From contig NZ_MPKA01000086.1 of the NCBI RefSeq assembly GCF_001945605.1, forward strand, positions 30,001-62,000: a stretch of DNA of 32,000 nucleotides. Reading direction: 5' to 3'. The notes under the pieces are model-generated. The model saw only the letters and a list, made by a program, of their open reading frames with translations. It was not told the DNA's origin and searched no databases. Source of the stretch: Dubosiella newyorkensis. Lineage in GTDB: Bacteria > Bacillota_I > Bacilli_A > Erysipelotrichales > Erysipelotrichaceae. Shown here in pieces: positions 8,122 to 18,610 of the stretch (its first letter is position 1; every line of letters begins with the position of its first letter). Made by a program: the position numbers and the translations under genes.

Positions 8122-9504
8122 GTGAACGAAAAAACATTCAATGACGTAGTTGCACTCATGAAAACTTCAGGGTTCGTATTTCAAGGTTCTGAGATCTATG
8201 GCGGTCTTGCCAATACTTGGGATTACGGTCCTTTAGGCGTCGAATTGAAGAATAATATAAAAAATGCGTGGTGGAAGAGATTCATCCAAGAAAGCGAGCA
8301 CAATGTTGGTATCCAGAGTGCGATCTTGATGAATCCAAGTGTTTGGGTCGCCAGCGGTCATGTAGGCGGTTTTTCGGATCCGCTCATGGATTGCAAAGCG
8401 TGCAAAGCGCGTTTCCGCGCCGATCAATTGATCGAGGATGCAACGAATGGAGAAGTCAATCCAGCCGGGATGAGCAATGAGGAAATGGAAACGTTCATCA
8501 AAGAGCATGAGATCGCTTGTCCTAAATGTGGCGCGCATGATTTTACCGAGATCCGTCAATTCAACTTGATGTTCAAGACGTTCCAGGGCGTTTTAGAAGA
8601 TGCGAAAAGCACGATTTATCTACGTCCGGAGACGGCGCAGGGGATCTTTGTGAATTTTAAGAACATTCAAAGAACGATGCGCAAAAAGCTTCCATTCGGG
8701 ATCGGTCAGATCGGAAAAAGCTTCCGCAACGAGATCACGCCAGGCAACTTTATTTTCCGCACGCGCGAATTCGAGCAAATGGAACTTGAATTTTTCTGCA
8801 AACCTGGAGAAGATCTGAAATGGTTTGATTTTTATACGAATCGCTGCATGCAGTTCTTAAAAGATCTTGGTCTGAAAGAAGAAAACATTCGGCTTCGAGC
8901 GCATTCCGCCGAGGAGCTTTCTCACTACTCCAACGCGACAAGCGATATCGAGTATCTATACCCGACACCGATTGGATGGGGTGAATTGTGGGGGATCGCG
9001 GACCGGACCGATTTCGATTTAAAAGCGCATCAAACCGAAAGTAAGCAGTCTCTTGAATATTTCGATCAAGAAGCTAATGAAAAGTACTTGCCATATGTGA
9101 TCGAGCCGAGTGTCGGTGTTGAGCGTTTGCTTCTTGCTTTAATGTGCGAAGCGTATGATGAAGAAAAGATCAGCGATAAAGAAACTCGTCTTGTCCTTCG
9201 CTTGCACCCTAGCCTTGCTCCGTATAAAGCCGCTGTTTTACCGCTTTCTAAAAAACTGAGCGAACAAGCCGATCGTGTTTTCCATCAGCTCGCAAACCAA
9301 TTTTCGATCACTTATGACGAGTCGCAAAGTATTGGAAAGCGCTATCGCCGTCAAGATTCGATCGGTACACCATATTGTGTTACTGTCGATTTTGAGACGG
9401 AAAACGATGGATGTGTCACTGTTCGTGATCGGGACACGATGGAACAAGTGCGCGTTCCTCTTGAAAAGCTCAACGCTTATCTTGAAGAAAGAGTTCGTTT
9501 CTAG
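8122..9504 (+). CDS. glyQS: Glycine--tRNA ligase (single-chain class II)
   Basis: [27 protein letters not shown] and FRNEITP motifs. GTG start 7 nt after AAGGAG. Confidence 0.93.
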   Translation: MNEKTFNDVVALMKTSGFVFQGSEIYGGLANTWDYGPLGVELKNNIKNAWWKRFIQESEHNVGIQSAILMNPSVWVASGHVGGFSDPLMDCKACKARFRADQLIEDATNGEVNPAGMSNEEMETFIKEHEIACPKCGAHDFTEIRQFNLMFKTFQGVLEDAKSTIYLRPETAQGIFVNFKNIQRTMRKKLPFGIGQIGKSFRNEITPGNFIFRTREFEQMELEFFCKPGEDLKWFDFYTNRCMQFLKDLGLKEENIRLRAHSAEELSHYSNATSDIEYLYPTPIGWGELWGIADRTDFDLKAHQTESKQSLEYFDQEANEKYLPYVIEPSVGVERLLLALMCEAYDEEKISDKETRLVLRLHPSLAPYKAAVLPLSKKLSEQADRVFHQLANQFSITYDESQSIGKRYRRQDSIGTPYCVTVDFETENDGCVTVRDRDTMEQVRVPLEKLNAYLEERVRF

Positions 9505-9519
9505 AAACGGGATCCAGTT

Positions 9520-11265
9520 TTGATCAAAGAAGAAGATATTCAAAACATTCGACGACAAGCGGACATTGCCGATATAATTTCACATTATATCGATGTCCAA
9601 AAAAACGGAAGAAATTATAAAGCCGTTTGTCCATTTCATGATGACCATGATCCTTCGCTATCGATTTCGAGGGAAAAGCAGATTTATAAGTGTTTTGTTT
9701 GCGGAAGTGGCGGTAACATATTCACGTTCGTGCAAAAGTATGAAAATGTCTCGTTTGCGGAAGCGGTCTATCGGGTGGCGGAGTGGATCGGATATCCGCT
9801 GGAGCGTCAGGCGTTTGAAAAAAAAGAAGTGGTCGATCCTTTCGTTAAGGAACGCCGCGTCTTAGACGAATATACGAATTTTCTGACCTATGAACTCGCA
9901 TCGATTGAGGGACAAAGGGCGCATTCGTATTTATTGTCCCGCCAATTCAGCAAAGAGCTGATCGATCGCTTTCAGATCGGCTATGCGCCTGAGAAAGAGG
10001 CTTCTATGCATTTTTTCAAGGCGAAAAAATTTGAAGCCGAAGCGCTCGAGAAAGCTGGGCTCGTCAACGAGGGACGGGTTATCTTTTCCGAGAGGATCAC
10101 GATCCCGATCCACGATCAAAACGGAAAGATCACTGGCTATACCGCTAGGCGATTGTCTGATGAGGACGATCGACCAAAATATATCAATACGGCAAACACG
10201 CCTCTATATAATAAAAGCCGCTTGATCTTTAATTATCATCGCGTGAAATCGATCGCTAGAAAAAGCGGTTATGCGATTTTGTGTGAAGGCGCGATGGATG
10301 TTTTAGGTCTAGAAAAGGCAGAAATCCATGAAGGACTCGCCTGTTTAGGAACGGCGATGAGCGATGAGCAGCTGAATATGCTAGAAAAACTTAGGGTCCC
10401 GATCCGCGTGTGGTACGATCAAGATCAAGCGGGGAAAAAGGCGACCTACCACTTTGGAAAGCTTGCGATGGCACATGGGATCCCTTTTACGATCGTCAAA
10501 AACGAAAAAGGGAAAGATCCTGACGAGATCTTTTGTCAATATGGGCAAGAGGAAGTTCGCCGAAGCGTGGAATCGACGATTCCATACGTCGAGTTTTTAT
10601 TTTCCTATTTACCCGATGTGTACAATCTTTCTAATTATGAGGAGAAAAAACAGTTTGCTAATGAGATCAAGGATGTTGTTTTGACTTTATCCGATCCAAT
10701 CGAACAGCGGATGTTTTTTGAGCAGCTCAAATCGATTACGGGTTTTGATTTTCTGCCTATGCTCACCCAGCCCGCTACTTCGAAACGAAAAGATCGGCAA
10801 ACAAAAAAACAAACGTGCTATATCCCTCTTTTAACGGATGGAAGAAAAAAAGCGGAAAGTTATGCCTTGTTTTCCATGCTTCATTCTAAACAAGCCTCCA
10901 AGCGCTTTAAAGAAGAGATTGGGTTTTTTAAAGAAGAGAAGTACCGCTCTCTTTCTCTATATATTTATGAATATTACCGAACCAAAGATGTCATGGACGA
11001 AAACGAACTGCTCCTTCTTTTGGAAGATGAGCAGCTTCAAAATGAACTCGTCTCTTTAATGGAAATCGACGATTCGCTCTATAGCGAGGAAGCCTTTGAA
11101 GATTGTCTTTGGAAAATCAAAGAATGTGCGATCTCTGAACAGATCGAACTCTTGAATCATGAGATCTCGCTTCTTCTCGACCCTTTGAAAAAGGTCGAAT
11201 TTGCGATGAAGAAGAAGCGGTTGATCGAAGCGCGCAATGAGATCAGACATCGAAAGGAAGGTTGA
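9520..11265 (+). CDS. dnaG: DNA primase DnaG
   Basis: Zn-ribbon [14 protein letters not shown]...CFVCG, TOPRIM segment [12 protein letters not shown] start, and position upstream of sigA. Confidence 0.93.
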   Translation: MIKEEDIQNIRRQADIADIISHYIDVQKNGRNYKAVCPFHDDHDPSLSISREKQIYKCFVCGSGGNIFTFVQKYENVSFAEAVYRVAEWIGYPLERQAFEKKEVVDPFVKERRVLDEYTNFLTYELASIEGQRAHSYLLSRQFSKELIDRFQIGYAPEKEASMHFFKAKKFEAEALEKAGLVNEGRVIFSERITIPIHDQNGKITGYTARRLSDEDDRPKYINTANTPLYNKSRLIFNYHRVKSIARKSGYAILCEGAMDVLGLEKAEIHEGLACLGTAMSDEQLNMLEKLRVPIRVWYDQDQAGKKATYHFGKLAMAHGIPFTIVKNEKGKDPDEIFCQYGQEEVRRSVESTIPYVEFLFSYLPDVYNLSNYEEKKQFANEIKDVVLTLSDPIEQRMFFEQLKSITGFDFLPMLTQPATSKRKDRQTKKQTCYIPLLTDGRKKAESYALFSMLHSKQASKRFKEEIGFFKEEKYRSLSLYIYEYYRTKDVMDENELLLLLEDEQLQNELVSLMEIDDSLYSEEAFEDCLWKIKECAISEQIELLNHEISLLLDPLKKVEFAMKKKRLIEARNEIRHRKEG

Positions 11266-11269
11266 CGAG

Positions 11270-12508
11270 ATGGCAGCTCAAGATTTAAGTTTAAAAAAGA
11301 AAAAATTTACTTCGCTCGAAGAAGCGAAAGCGTTTCTCGAAATGGCGAAAGCCCAAAACGAAGATATTCCCCAACAAGAGTTGATGGATTCACTTTCCAA
11401 TCTAGGATTGGACGACGATACGACAGATGAACTATTCAACTGGTGCGAAGAAAACGGAGTCAATCTTGTCGTCGACAGCGACGAATACGAACTCGAAGGA
11501 GATGACGACCTCTCTGACGATCTAGATGATGAAAACTCCATCGAAGATGAGATTTCTCAACTTGAACAAACATTCGCCAATGCTTCGCACACCAAGATCA
11601 ACGATCCTGTCAAAATGTATTTGAAAGAAATCGGGCAGATCCCGCTCCTCGATCCAAAAGAAGAGCCCAAGATCGCAAAACGCATCCAAGATGGAAGCGA
11701 AGCGCGGAAAATGCTGGCCGAAAATCCGGATCTTGATGAAGAAAAGAAAAAAGAACTAGACCGGATCGCGGAAGATGGAGAACAAGCCAAACAGCTCTTG
11801 ATCTCCTCGAACCTTCGTCTTGTCGTCTCGATCGCTAAAAAATATGTAGGTCGAGGAATGTTGTTTCTCGATCTGATCCAAGAAGGAAATTGCGGCTTGA
11901 TCAAAGCCGTAGAAAAATTCGACTATACGAAAGGTTTCAAGTTTTCGACCTACGCGACTTGGTGGATTCGTCAGTCGATCACGCGCGCGATCGCCGATCA
12001 GGCTCGAACGATCCGTATTCCTGTCCATATGGTGGAAACGATCAATAAACTGACACGCATTCAGCGACAGCTTGTCCAAGATCTTGGACGTGATCCGCTC
12101 CCCGAAGAGATCGCCGAAAAAATGGAAGGGATCACAGCGGATAAAGTGCGAGAGATCCAAAAGATCGCTCTCGATCCAGTTTCTTTAGAAACGCCGATCG
12201 GGGAAGAGGACGATTCTCATCTTGGCGATTTTATCGAAGATAAGGAAACGCTCTCACCAGATGATTATACGAACAATCAGCTACTCAAAGACGAGATCAA
12301 CAACGTTCTTCAAGGCTTGACGGAAAGAGAAGAAAAAGTGCTTCGCTTGCGTTTTGGGCTTTTAGACGGACGCACACGGACATTGGAGGAAGTAGGAAAA
12401 GAATTCAATGTCACTCGTGAGCGGATTCGTCAAATCGAAGCAAAAGCGCTTAGAAAGCTCAAACATCCAAATCGTTCGAAGCGTTTAAAAGATTTCGTGA
12501 AGTCATGA
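11270..12508 (+). CDS. sigA: Primary RNA polymerase sigma factor SigA/RpoD
   Basis: Region 2 ([35 protein letters not shown]) and region 4 ([20 protein letters not shown]) are present. SD GGAAGG precedes the ATG at 11270. Confidence 0.95.
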   Translation: MAAQDLSLKKKKFTSLEEAKAFLEMAKAQNEDIPQQELMDSLSNLGLDDDTTDELFNWCEENGVNLVVDSDEYELEGDDDLSDDLDDENSIEDEISQLEQTFANASHTKINDPVKMYLKEIGQIPLLDPKEEPKIAKRIQDGSEARKMLAENPDLDEEKKKELDRIAEDGEQAKQLLISSNLRLVVSIAKKYVGRGMLFLDLIQEGNCGLIKAVEKFDYTKGFKFSTYATWWIRQSITRAIADQARTIRIPVHMVETINKLTRIQRQLVQDLGRDPLPEEIAEKMEGITADKVREIQKIALDPVSLETPIGEEDDSHLGDFIEDKETLSPDDYTNNQLLKDEINNVLQGLTEREEKVLRLRFGLLDGRTRTLEEVGKEFNVTRERIRQIEAKALRKLKHPNRSKRLKDFVKS

Positions 12509-13152
12509 TCAAGCTTTCAAAACGTCTTCAAGCGATTTATGATCTAGCAAACGGAAATGTGATCGCGGATATTGGATGCGATCACGGGTATATTCCGCTA
12601 AAGCTCGATCAAAAGAAACATAAAAAAGTCTACGCATGCGATGTAGCCCAAGGGCCTTTGTCCAGAGCGCAAGCGTTATTTGAAAAGGAAAACGCCAAAA
12701 TCGATACGATCTTGATGGATGGCATTTCCGCTTTACCTGAGGATGTGGATCAAGTGATCATCGCGGGCATGGGGGGGAAGCTGATCGAGTCGATCCTTGA
12801 AAAAGGAAAGGACAAGCTCGTCAATGTCGATTCTTTGATCCTTTCTCCGCATCGAAATGCGGAATCGCTTCGTTCTTACTTGATCAAGAATCACTTCAGG
12901 ATTGAAAAGGAGCGCTTAGTATTCGAAGAGGATCATGCGTATTGGATCATGTATTGCCGAAAGGGAAGCCAGACACTTTCGGATTGGCAGGTCTGGTATG
13001 GGGCCCATGTGAAGGAAGACGACGATTATCGAAAGTATCTGAAAATAGAAAAATACAAGTGGGAAGATCTTCAAAACAAGGTTCCCGCTTCAAGATTCGA
13101 GGAAGGAAAAGCCAGGTTGAAATGGCTGGATTCCAAGATCTCACAAAGCTGA
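12505..13152 (+). CDS. trmK: tRNA (adenine22-N1)-methyltransferase TrmK (YqfN family)
   Basis: [11 protein letters not shown]...[13 protein letters not shown]-terminus. ATGA overlap with sigA, as in the Bacillus yqfN position. Confidence 0.85.
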   Translation: MIKLSKRLQAIYDLANGNVIADIGCDHGYIPLKLDQKKHKKVYACDVAQGPLSRAQALFEKENAKIDTILMDGISALPEDVDQVIIAGMGGKLIESILEKGKDKLVNVDSLILSPHRNAESLRSYLIKNHFRIEKERLVFEEDHAYWIMYCRKGSQTLSDWQVWYGAHVKEDDDYRKYLKIEKYKWEDLQNKVPASRFEEGKARLKWLDSKISQS

Positions 13153-13176
13153 AGAAATCCTTCAGCTTTTCTTTAT
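13145..13176 (+). terminator. Intrinsic terminator after trmK
   Basis: Perfect 10-bp stem AAAGCTGAAG / CTTCAGCTTT with loop AAATC, enclosing the stop codon. A T-rich tail follows. Confidence 0.75.
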
Positions 13177-13192
13177 AATCGTAAAAAACGCT

Positions 13193-13220
13193 TTCAAATA
13201 TAACGGAAAAGAATTATAAT
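13193..13220 (+). promoter_or_regulatory. Candidate sigma-A promoter for nifJ
   Basis: TTCAAA (13193-13198), 16-nt spacer, TATAAT (13215-13220). Confidence 0.55.
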
Positions 13221-13269
13221 AAGGAATGTATGAATTATGTATAGACATACCGAAGGAGGAAAAACTTTA

Positions 13270-16200
13270 ATGGCTAAACATTTTCAGTCTATGGACGGTA
13301 ATACGGCTACTGCCCATAACGCATATGCTCTTGCTGAAATGAGCTGTATCTACCCAATCACTCCATCATCGCCAATGGCAGAAGTCATGGACGTTTGGGC
13401 AAGTCAAGGAAGAAAAAATGCCTATGGTGAAGTTGTGAAGATCGCAGAACTTCAATCAGAAGCAGGTGCTTCGGGTGCCGTTCATGGTGCTGCCCAAGCT
13501 GGTGTTCTTCCAACGACATTCACAGCATCGCAAGGTCTATTGTTGATGATTCCAAACATCTATAAATGGGTCGGCGAAAATCTTCCAGTTGTATTGCACG
13601 TAGCCGCTCGTTCTTTGGCGAGCCGTTCGTTGAATATTTTTGGTGATCACGAAGACGTATATGCAGTTCGTCAAACTGGCATTCCTATGCTTTCTTCTCA
13701 TTCTGTTCAAGAAGCGATGGATCTTGCCGGCATTGCTCACTTAGCAGCAATCAAATGTCACGTACCTTTCTTGCATTTCCACGATGGTTTCCGTACTTCA
13801 CATGAAGTGGACAAAATCGAAGTGTTCGATACGGAAAAGTATAAAGAATTGATCGATTGGGAAGCATTAGACGCATTCCGCAAAAACGCGATGCAGCCAC
13901 ACACCAATCCAGTAACACGTGGTGCAAACGAAAACGACGATATCTTCTTCCAAGGCGTGGAAGCTCGCAACAAACATTACGAAAATATCCCAGATGTCGT
14001 TGCGGATTATATGAAGCAGATCTCTGAGATCACAGGTCGCGACTACAAACCTTTCAATTATGTAGGTGCTCCAGATGCAGAGCGCGTCATCGTAGCGATG
14101 GGTTCTGTTACTGAAACAGCGACAGAAGTCGTAGAAGATCTTATGAAGAACGGAGAAAAGATCGGTTTGATCAAAGTTCATCTCTACCGTCCTTTCTCGA
14201 CAAAATACTTGACAGACGTTCTTCCAAAAACTGTAAAGAAGATCGCTGTTCTTGACCGCACGAAAGAAGGCGGCGCTTCTGGAGATCCTCTCTACTTAGA
14301 TGTCCTTGCTTCTTTGAAAGACAAAGATATCGAGATCGTGGGCGGACGGTATGGTCTTGGAAGCCACGATACTGAACCAAACCAAATCAAAGCGGTCTTT
14401 GATGAATTGAAGAAAGATGAACCAAAGAACGGCTTTACAGTTGGTATTGAAGACGATGTTACATTCACTTCGCTTCCAATCGACAAATCGTATAAGATCG
14501 ACAGCGATGCGACAGAATGCTTGTTCTGGGGACTTGGTTCCGATGGAACTGTTTCGGCGAACAAATCTTCGATCAAGATCATCGGCGACAACACGGATAT
14601 GTTTGCACAAGGATATTACGCTTACGACTCGAAAAAAGCCGGCGGTGTAACTCGTTCTCACTTGCGTTTCGGAAATAGTCCGATCCACTCGACTTATTAC
14701 ATCAACAACGCTGACTTCATTTCTTGCTCGCTCGATTCCTATATGTTCAAATACGATTTGGCCCGCAACTTGAAGCAAGGCGGAACGTTCTTGTTGAACA
14801 CGACATTCACACCAGAAGAAATCGTAAAACATATGCCAAATCGCTTGAAGAAAGAATTGGCAGATAAAGATGCGAAATTCTATATCATCGACGCGACGAA
14901 GATCGCAGAAAACATTGGAATGGGACGTCGCACAAACACGATCCTACAATCCGCATTCTTTGCCTTGAATCCACAAATCATGCCATTAGATAAAGCTGTT
15001 GAGCTTATGAAAGCCGCCGCTAAAAAATCATATGGCAAAAAAGGTGACGCGGTTGTAGAACTCAACTACAAAGCGATCGATGCTGGTAAAGATGGATTGG
15101 TAGAGATCCCTGTCGACAAAGCTTGGTCTGATCTACCAGTAAGCTCGCTCCGTAAAGAAACTGGCGATCCATATTGGGATGAATACGCAGCTCGTATCAA
15201 CCACCTTGAAGGATATGACATGCCAGTAAGCGCATTCACGAAAAATGGAGTGCTCGATGGGACGATGCAGAATGGTATCGCGTTCAAAGAAAAACGTACG
15301 ATCGCCACGAACGTTCCTCAATGGAACCCAGACAACTGTATCCAATGCGGATTCTGTTCGTTCGTTTGTCCGCATGCGACGATCCGTACTTTCGCATTGA
15401 CTCCAGAAGAAATCGCGAACGCTCCAAAAGAATTTGAAGGATTCGCTACGCTTCCATTGATGGGTAAACCAAACACGGATCTTCGTTTCCGCGTGCAAGT
15501 TTCTCCAAGCAACTGCGTAGGTTGCGGACTTTGCGCGAACGAATGTCCAGGAAAAGCCGGCAAGAAAGCACTCACGATGGTGGATGTCAACTCGCAGCTT
15601 TACCTTGATCCTCTTGCGGATTACCTTTATAAAGAAACAGAATATAAAACGGATCTCTTCCCTAAGACTACGATCAAAGGAAGCCAGTTCCAAATGCCAT
15701 ATTTCGAAGTTCCTGGATCTTGCCCAGGATGTGGTGAAACTCCATACTATCGTTTAGCTTCGCAATTATTCGGTAAAGATATGCAGATCGCAAACGCGAC
15801 TGGATGTTCTTCGATCTATTGCGGTGCTAACCCATCCACTCCTTTCGTTAAGGATAAAGATGGAAACGGAACAGCATGGGCGAACTCTTTGTTCGAAGAC
15901 AACGCTGAATTCGGATATGGTATGGCTCTAGCCAATAACTACACCGCAAGCAAAGTCTACAAGATCATGGAAGACAACTTGGATAAAGTGACTCCAGAAT
16001 TGAAAGATCTCTTCGAACAATATCTTGCGGCTGGAAACGACCGTGAAAAACAACGCGAACTTGCTCCAAAAATCAAGGAACTCGTAGCGACAGCTGATGT
16101 TGAAGAAGATGTCAAGACTTTGGCAGAATACGACCTCGTTCATAAATCCAACTGGATCATCGGTGGTGACGGATGGGCTTATGACATCGGTTACGGTGGA

Positions 16201-16794
16201 TTGGATCACGTTCTAGCCAACAATGTCAATGTAAACGTTCTCGTTCTTGATACGGAAGTTTACTCGAATACAGGTGGTCAATCTTCTAAATCTTCGCAGC
16301 GTTCGTCTGTAGCGAAATTCGCGGCTGGGGGTAAAACAACAGCGAAGAAAGATCTTGGTCAGATCGCCATGACTTATGGTCATGTATATGTAGCTCAAGT
16401 ATGTATGGGCGCAGATAAGATGCAGACATTAAAAGCGTTCCAAGAAGCGGAAAGCTATGATGGACCATCTTTGATCATCGCTTATGCACCATGCGTTGAG
16501 CACGGTATTAAAGGCGGACTTGGAAACCATCAACAAGTACAACGCGAAGCGGTAGAATGCGGATATGTTGACTTGTATCGTTACGATCCAAGAAAAGAAC
16601 AACCATTGACGATCGATTCTAAGAAAGAACCAAACTATGACAAGATGGAAGAATTCATGCTTAAAGAAGCACGTTTCGCTCAACTTGTTAAGTTAAAGGG
16701 TCCTGAAGCTTCTGAAAAGATGTTTGAAAAAGCGAAAGCGGATGCGAAAGCACGTCGTAAACGCCTTCAAGCGATCGAAAAAGAAGGAATCTAA
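13270..16794 (+). CDS. nifJ: Pyruvate:ferredoxin (flavodoxin) oxidoreductase, single-chain PFOR
   Basis: ~1170 aa with two 4Fe-4S motifs (CIQCGFCSFVCP, CVGCGLCANECP) and the TPP site GGDGWAYDIGYGGLDH. SD GAAGGAGGA precedes the 13270 ATG. Confidence 0.95.
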   Translation: MAKHFQSMDGNTATAHNAYALAEMSCIYPITPSSPMAEVMDVWASQGRKNAYGEVVKIAELQSEAGASGAVHGAAQAGVLPTTFTASQGLLLMIPNIYKWVGENLPVVLHVAARSLASRSLNIFGDHEDVYAVRQTGIPMLSSHSVQEAMDLAGIAHLAAIKCHVPFLHFHDGFRTSHEVDKIEVFDTEKYKELIDWEALDAFRKNAMQPHTNPVTRGANENDDIFFQGVEARNKHYENIPDVVADYMKQISEITGRDYKPFNYVGAPDAERVIVAMGSVTETATEVVEDLMKNGEKIGLIKVHLYRPFSTKYLTDVLPKTVKKIAVLDRTKEGGASGDPLYLDVLASLKDKDIEIVGGRYGLGSHDTEPNQIKAVFDELKKDEPKNGFTVGIEDDVTFTSLPIDKSYKIDSDATECLFWGLGSDGTVSANKSSIKIIGDNTDMFAQGYYAYDSKKAGGVTRSHLRFGNSPIHSTYYINNADFISCSLDSYMFKYDLARNLKQGGTFLLNTTFTPEEIVKHMPNRLKKELADKDAKFYIIDATKIAENIGMGRRTNTILQSAFFALNPQIMPLDKAVELMKAAAKKSYGKKGDAVVELNYKAIDAGKDGLVEIPVDKAWSDLPVSSLRKETGDPYWDEYAARINHLEGYDMPVSAFTKNGVLDGTMQNGIAFKEKRTIATNVPQWNPDNCIQCGFCSFVCPHATIRTFALTPEEIANAPKEFEGFATLPLMGKPNTDLRFRVQVSPSNCVGCGLCANECPGKAGKKALTMVDVNSQLYLDPLADYLYKETEYKTDLFPKTTIKGSQFQMPYFEVPGSCPGCGETPYYRLASQLFGKDMQIANATGCSSIYCGANPSTPFVKDKDGNGTAWANSLFEDNAEFGYGMALANNYTASKVYKIMEDNLDKVTPELKDLFEQYLAAGNDREKQRELAPKIKELVATADVEEDVKTLAEYDLVHKSNWIIGGDGWAYDIGYGGLDHVLANNVNVNVLVLDTEVYSNTGGQSSKSSQRSSVAKFAAGGKTTAKKDLGQIAMTYGHVYVAQVCMGADKMQTLKAFQEAESYDGPSLIIAYAPCVEHGIKGGLGNHQQVQREAVECGYVDLYRYDPRKEQPLTIDSKKEPNYDKMEEFMLKEARFAQLVKLKGPEASEKMFEKAKADAKARRKRLQAIEKEGI

Positions 16795-16806
16795 CCGAAC
16801 AGACTA

Positions 16807-16834
16807 AAGAGACAGGTGATCCTGTCTCTTTTTT
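16807..16834 (+). terminator. Intrinsic terminator after nifJ
   Basis: Perfect 10-bp stem AAGAGACAGG / CCTGTCTCTT with loop TGAT, followed by a T-run. Confidence 0.9.
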
Positions 16835-16859
16835 GACTTTTTAGAGCAATCGAAGTAAA

Positions 16860-17564
16860 ATGAATGTTATGAAAATGAAATTACTTTTTGATTGTGATGA
16901 TACTTTATACGATTTGTCCTGGCCATTCGAAATGAGCGTAGAGAGAATGTTCGATCCAGCGCTTTTAAGAAATACAGATCGAGACCAGTTTTACGCGGAT
17001 TATCGAAAAGCGGGTGATGTGATCTTCGACCAAGTTCAAAATGGAACGATTTCGATCGATGAATCGGGTATTTATCGAATTAAAGAAGCTTGCAAAAAAC
17101 ATGGGATTCCCATCGATGATAAGAAAGCGCAAGACTTTCAAAACATGTACCGCAATTATCAATCCAACATTACCATGACAGATGATTTAAAAGCGTATTT
17201 GATCGATTCCGACGCGATGATAGGCGTTCTGACAAATGGAGAACATAGCCATCAATACGCAAAACTCAGCGCTTTAGGCGTATTTGATTTCATCCCATCG
17301 ACTCGGATCTTCACGAGCGGTAAGATCGGATATGCAAAGCCAGATCCTCGCTCCTTTGAACATGTCATGAAAACGTTCAACGATGACGCGATCAACTGGT
17401 ATTATATTGGCGATCATTATCGAAACGATATGGTAGGAGCCAAAAAAGCCGGAATGAAGACGATCCATTTCAATCGACATCATCAAGAAGAAGGCGACGC
17501 GAGCGATTATGTCGTCTATACTGAAAAAGAATTGATCGACCTATTAAAAGAACTCTCAGCTTAA
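16860..17564 (+). CDS. HAD-superfamily hydrolase
   Basis: Motif I LLFDCDDTLYD, motif II LTNG and motif IV IGDHYRNDMVGA are present. The start is uncertain (ATGs at 16860, 16869, 16875). Confidence 0.8.
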   Translation: MNVMKMKLLFDCDDTLYDLSWPFEMSVERMFDPALLRNTDRDQFYADYRKAGDVIFDQVQNGTISIDESGIYRIKEACKKHGIPIDDKKAQDFQNMYRNYQSNITMTDDLKAYLIDSDAMIGVLTNGEHSHQYAKLSALGVFDFIPSTRIFTSGKIGYAKPDPRSFEHVMKTFNDDAINWYYIGDHYRNDMVGAKKAGMKTIHFNRHHQEEGDASDYVVYTEKELIDLLKELSA

Positions 17565-17577
17565 GCGAGAGTTCTTT
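17547..17577. terminator. Bidirectional hairpin spanning the overlapping 3' ends of the HAD and AraC genes
   Basis: AAAGAACTCTC (17547-17557) pairs with GAGAGTTCTTT (17567-17577), with a 9-nt loop. Both stop codons lie inside or next to the loop. Confidence 0.55.
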
Positions 17578-18488
17578 CTATATTTCAAGGGAGTCATGCC
17601 CTTGGCTTCTTTAAATTGACGAATAAAATAAGAGACGTTCTGAAATCCGCACTCCAAACCAACGTCTAAAACCGAACGATCGGTCTCCTTCAATAGTTGT
17701 GCCGCCTTTTCGATCCGGTATTGAATCAAATAGTGGATCGGAGAATCGTGATGAAGCCGCTTGAACAGCATATTCACATACGATTGATTCGATGAGATCA
17801 AGTTCGCAAGATCGCTAAGCCGGATCTCTTCTTGATAATGCTCTTCGATATATAAGATCATCGACTTATACTTTTCGATACTTTCATATTCTTCACCCAA
17901 TTGTCTCGATTCTTTTTCGATAAAAAGATTCAATTCATAAAAATTCAAAAACAAAGTATAGAGAGCGAGCTTCACCTCGTAATAAGCATAGGGTGTATTT
18001 TTATGCATGACCCTGATCATATTGAGGATCAAATCGTGAATGAGACTATATCCAAGACGATCTTCCTTGATCAAAAGCGGAAATCCGATCTTTTTCTGCA
18101 AATAAGGAGCGATGATATCCGTATCGAACGCATCCGCAAGAGAGGCTTGAAACAGTTTAGGGTCAAAGATGATCGCATGATGGATCGTGTCGGGACCGAC
18201 CCCTTGAAGTTGATGGAGCTCTTCGGCATCGATCATGCAAATATCGTTTTCGCGTAAAAGGATCGTATCGAAATTGTGTTCTAAATACAATTCTCCTTTT
18301 TCCACATAAAGGATCTCGCATTCGGGATGCCAATGACGAGCCACAAAAAAAGAATCATTCACAAGAACGAGGGGATCGTTTCGAGAATCAAAATATAAAT
18401 ACTGGATCGGTTTTTCGGGCGTTCCATGCACGGCTTTTTCTTTTAACTGCAAATAATCGTTCTTCATAATCTTATATTCATTATACAT
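17556..18488 (-). CDS. AraC-family transcriptional regulator (N-terminal cupin, C-terminal double HTH)
   Basis: The C-terminus LSDLANLISSNQSYVNMLFK...GFQNVSYFIRQFKEAKGMTPLKYR is an AraC/XylS HTH. The N-terminal cupin-like region contains HWHPECEILYV. Confidence 0.85.
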   Translation of the reverse strand: MYNEYKIMKNDYLQLKEKAVHGTPEKPIQYLYFDSRNDPLVLVNDSFFVARHWHPECEILYVEKGELYLEHNFDTILLRENDICMIDAEELHQLQGVGPDTIHHAIIFDPKLFQASLADAFDTDIIAPYLQKKIGFPLLIKEDRLGYSLIHDLILNMIRVMHKNTPYAYYEVKLALYTLFLNFYELNLFIEKESRQLGEEYESIEKYKSMILYIEEHYQEEIRLSDLANLISSNQSYVNMLFKRLHHDSPIHYLIQYRIEKAAQLLKETDRSVLDVGLECGFQNVSYFIRQFKEAKGMTPLKYRKNSRLS

Positions 18489-18537
18489 GAAAAATCAGCC
18501 GTATCTTTGACCATATACTCACGATTTGTCAAGAAAT

Positions 18538-18557
18538 TGTAAAAGAGATGTAAAAGA
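18538..18557 (+). promoter_or_regulatory. Direct repeat TGTAAAAGA x2 (period 11) in the araC / Na-Pi divergent region; candidate AraC-type binding site
   Basis: Copies at 18538-18546 and 18549-18557. The second copy overlaps the -35 position relative to TATAAT at 18571-18576. Confidence 0.35.
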
Positions 18558-18576
18558 TTATAAAATTTTCTATAAT
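18549..18576 (+). promoter_or_regulatory. Candidate promoter for the Na/Pi-cotransporter family gene
   Basis: TGTAAA, 16-nt spacer, TATAAT (18571-18576). SD GAGGAG at 18598-18603. Confidence 0.45.
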
Positions 18577-18610
18577 AGGGATAAACTTTTTGAGACTGAG
18601 GAGCAAAACA

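Noticed and set aside
14296-15693. Long minus-strand ORFs inside nifJ (14296-14832, 178 aa; 15133-15693, 186 aa)
   Set aside because: They lie entirely antisense to a very well supported PFOR coding frame. Their products are low-complexity and Arg/Ser/Phe-rich, and they have no SD. These are typical shadow ORFs.
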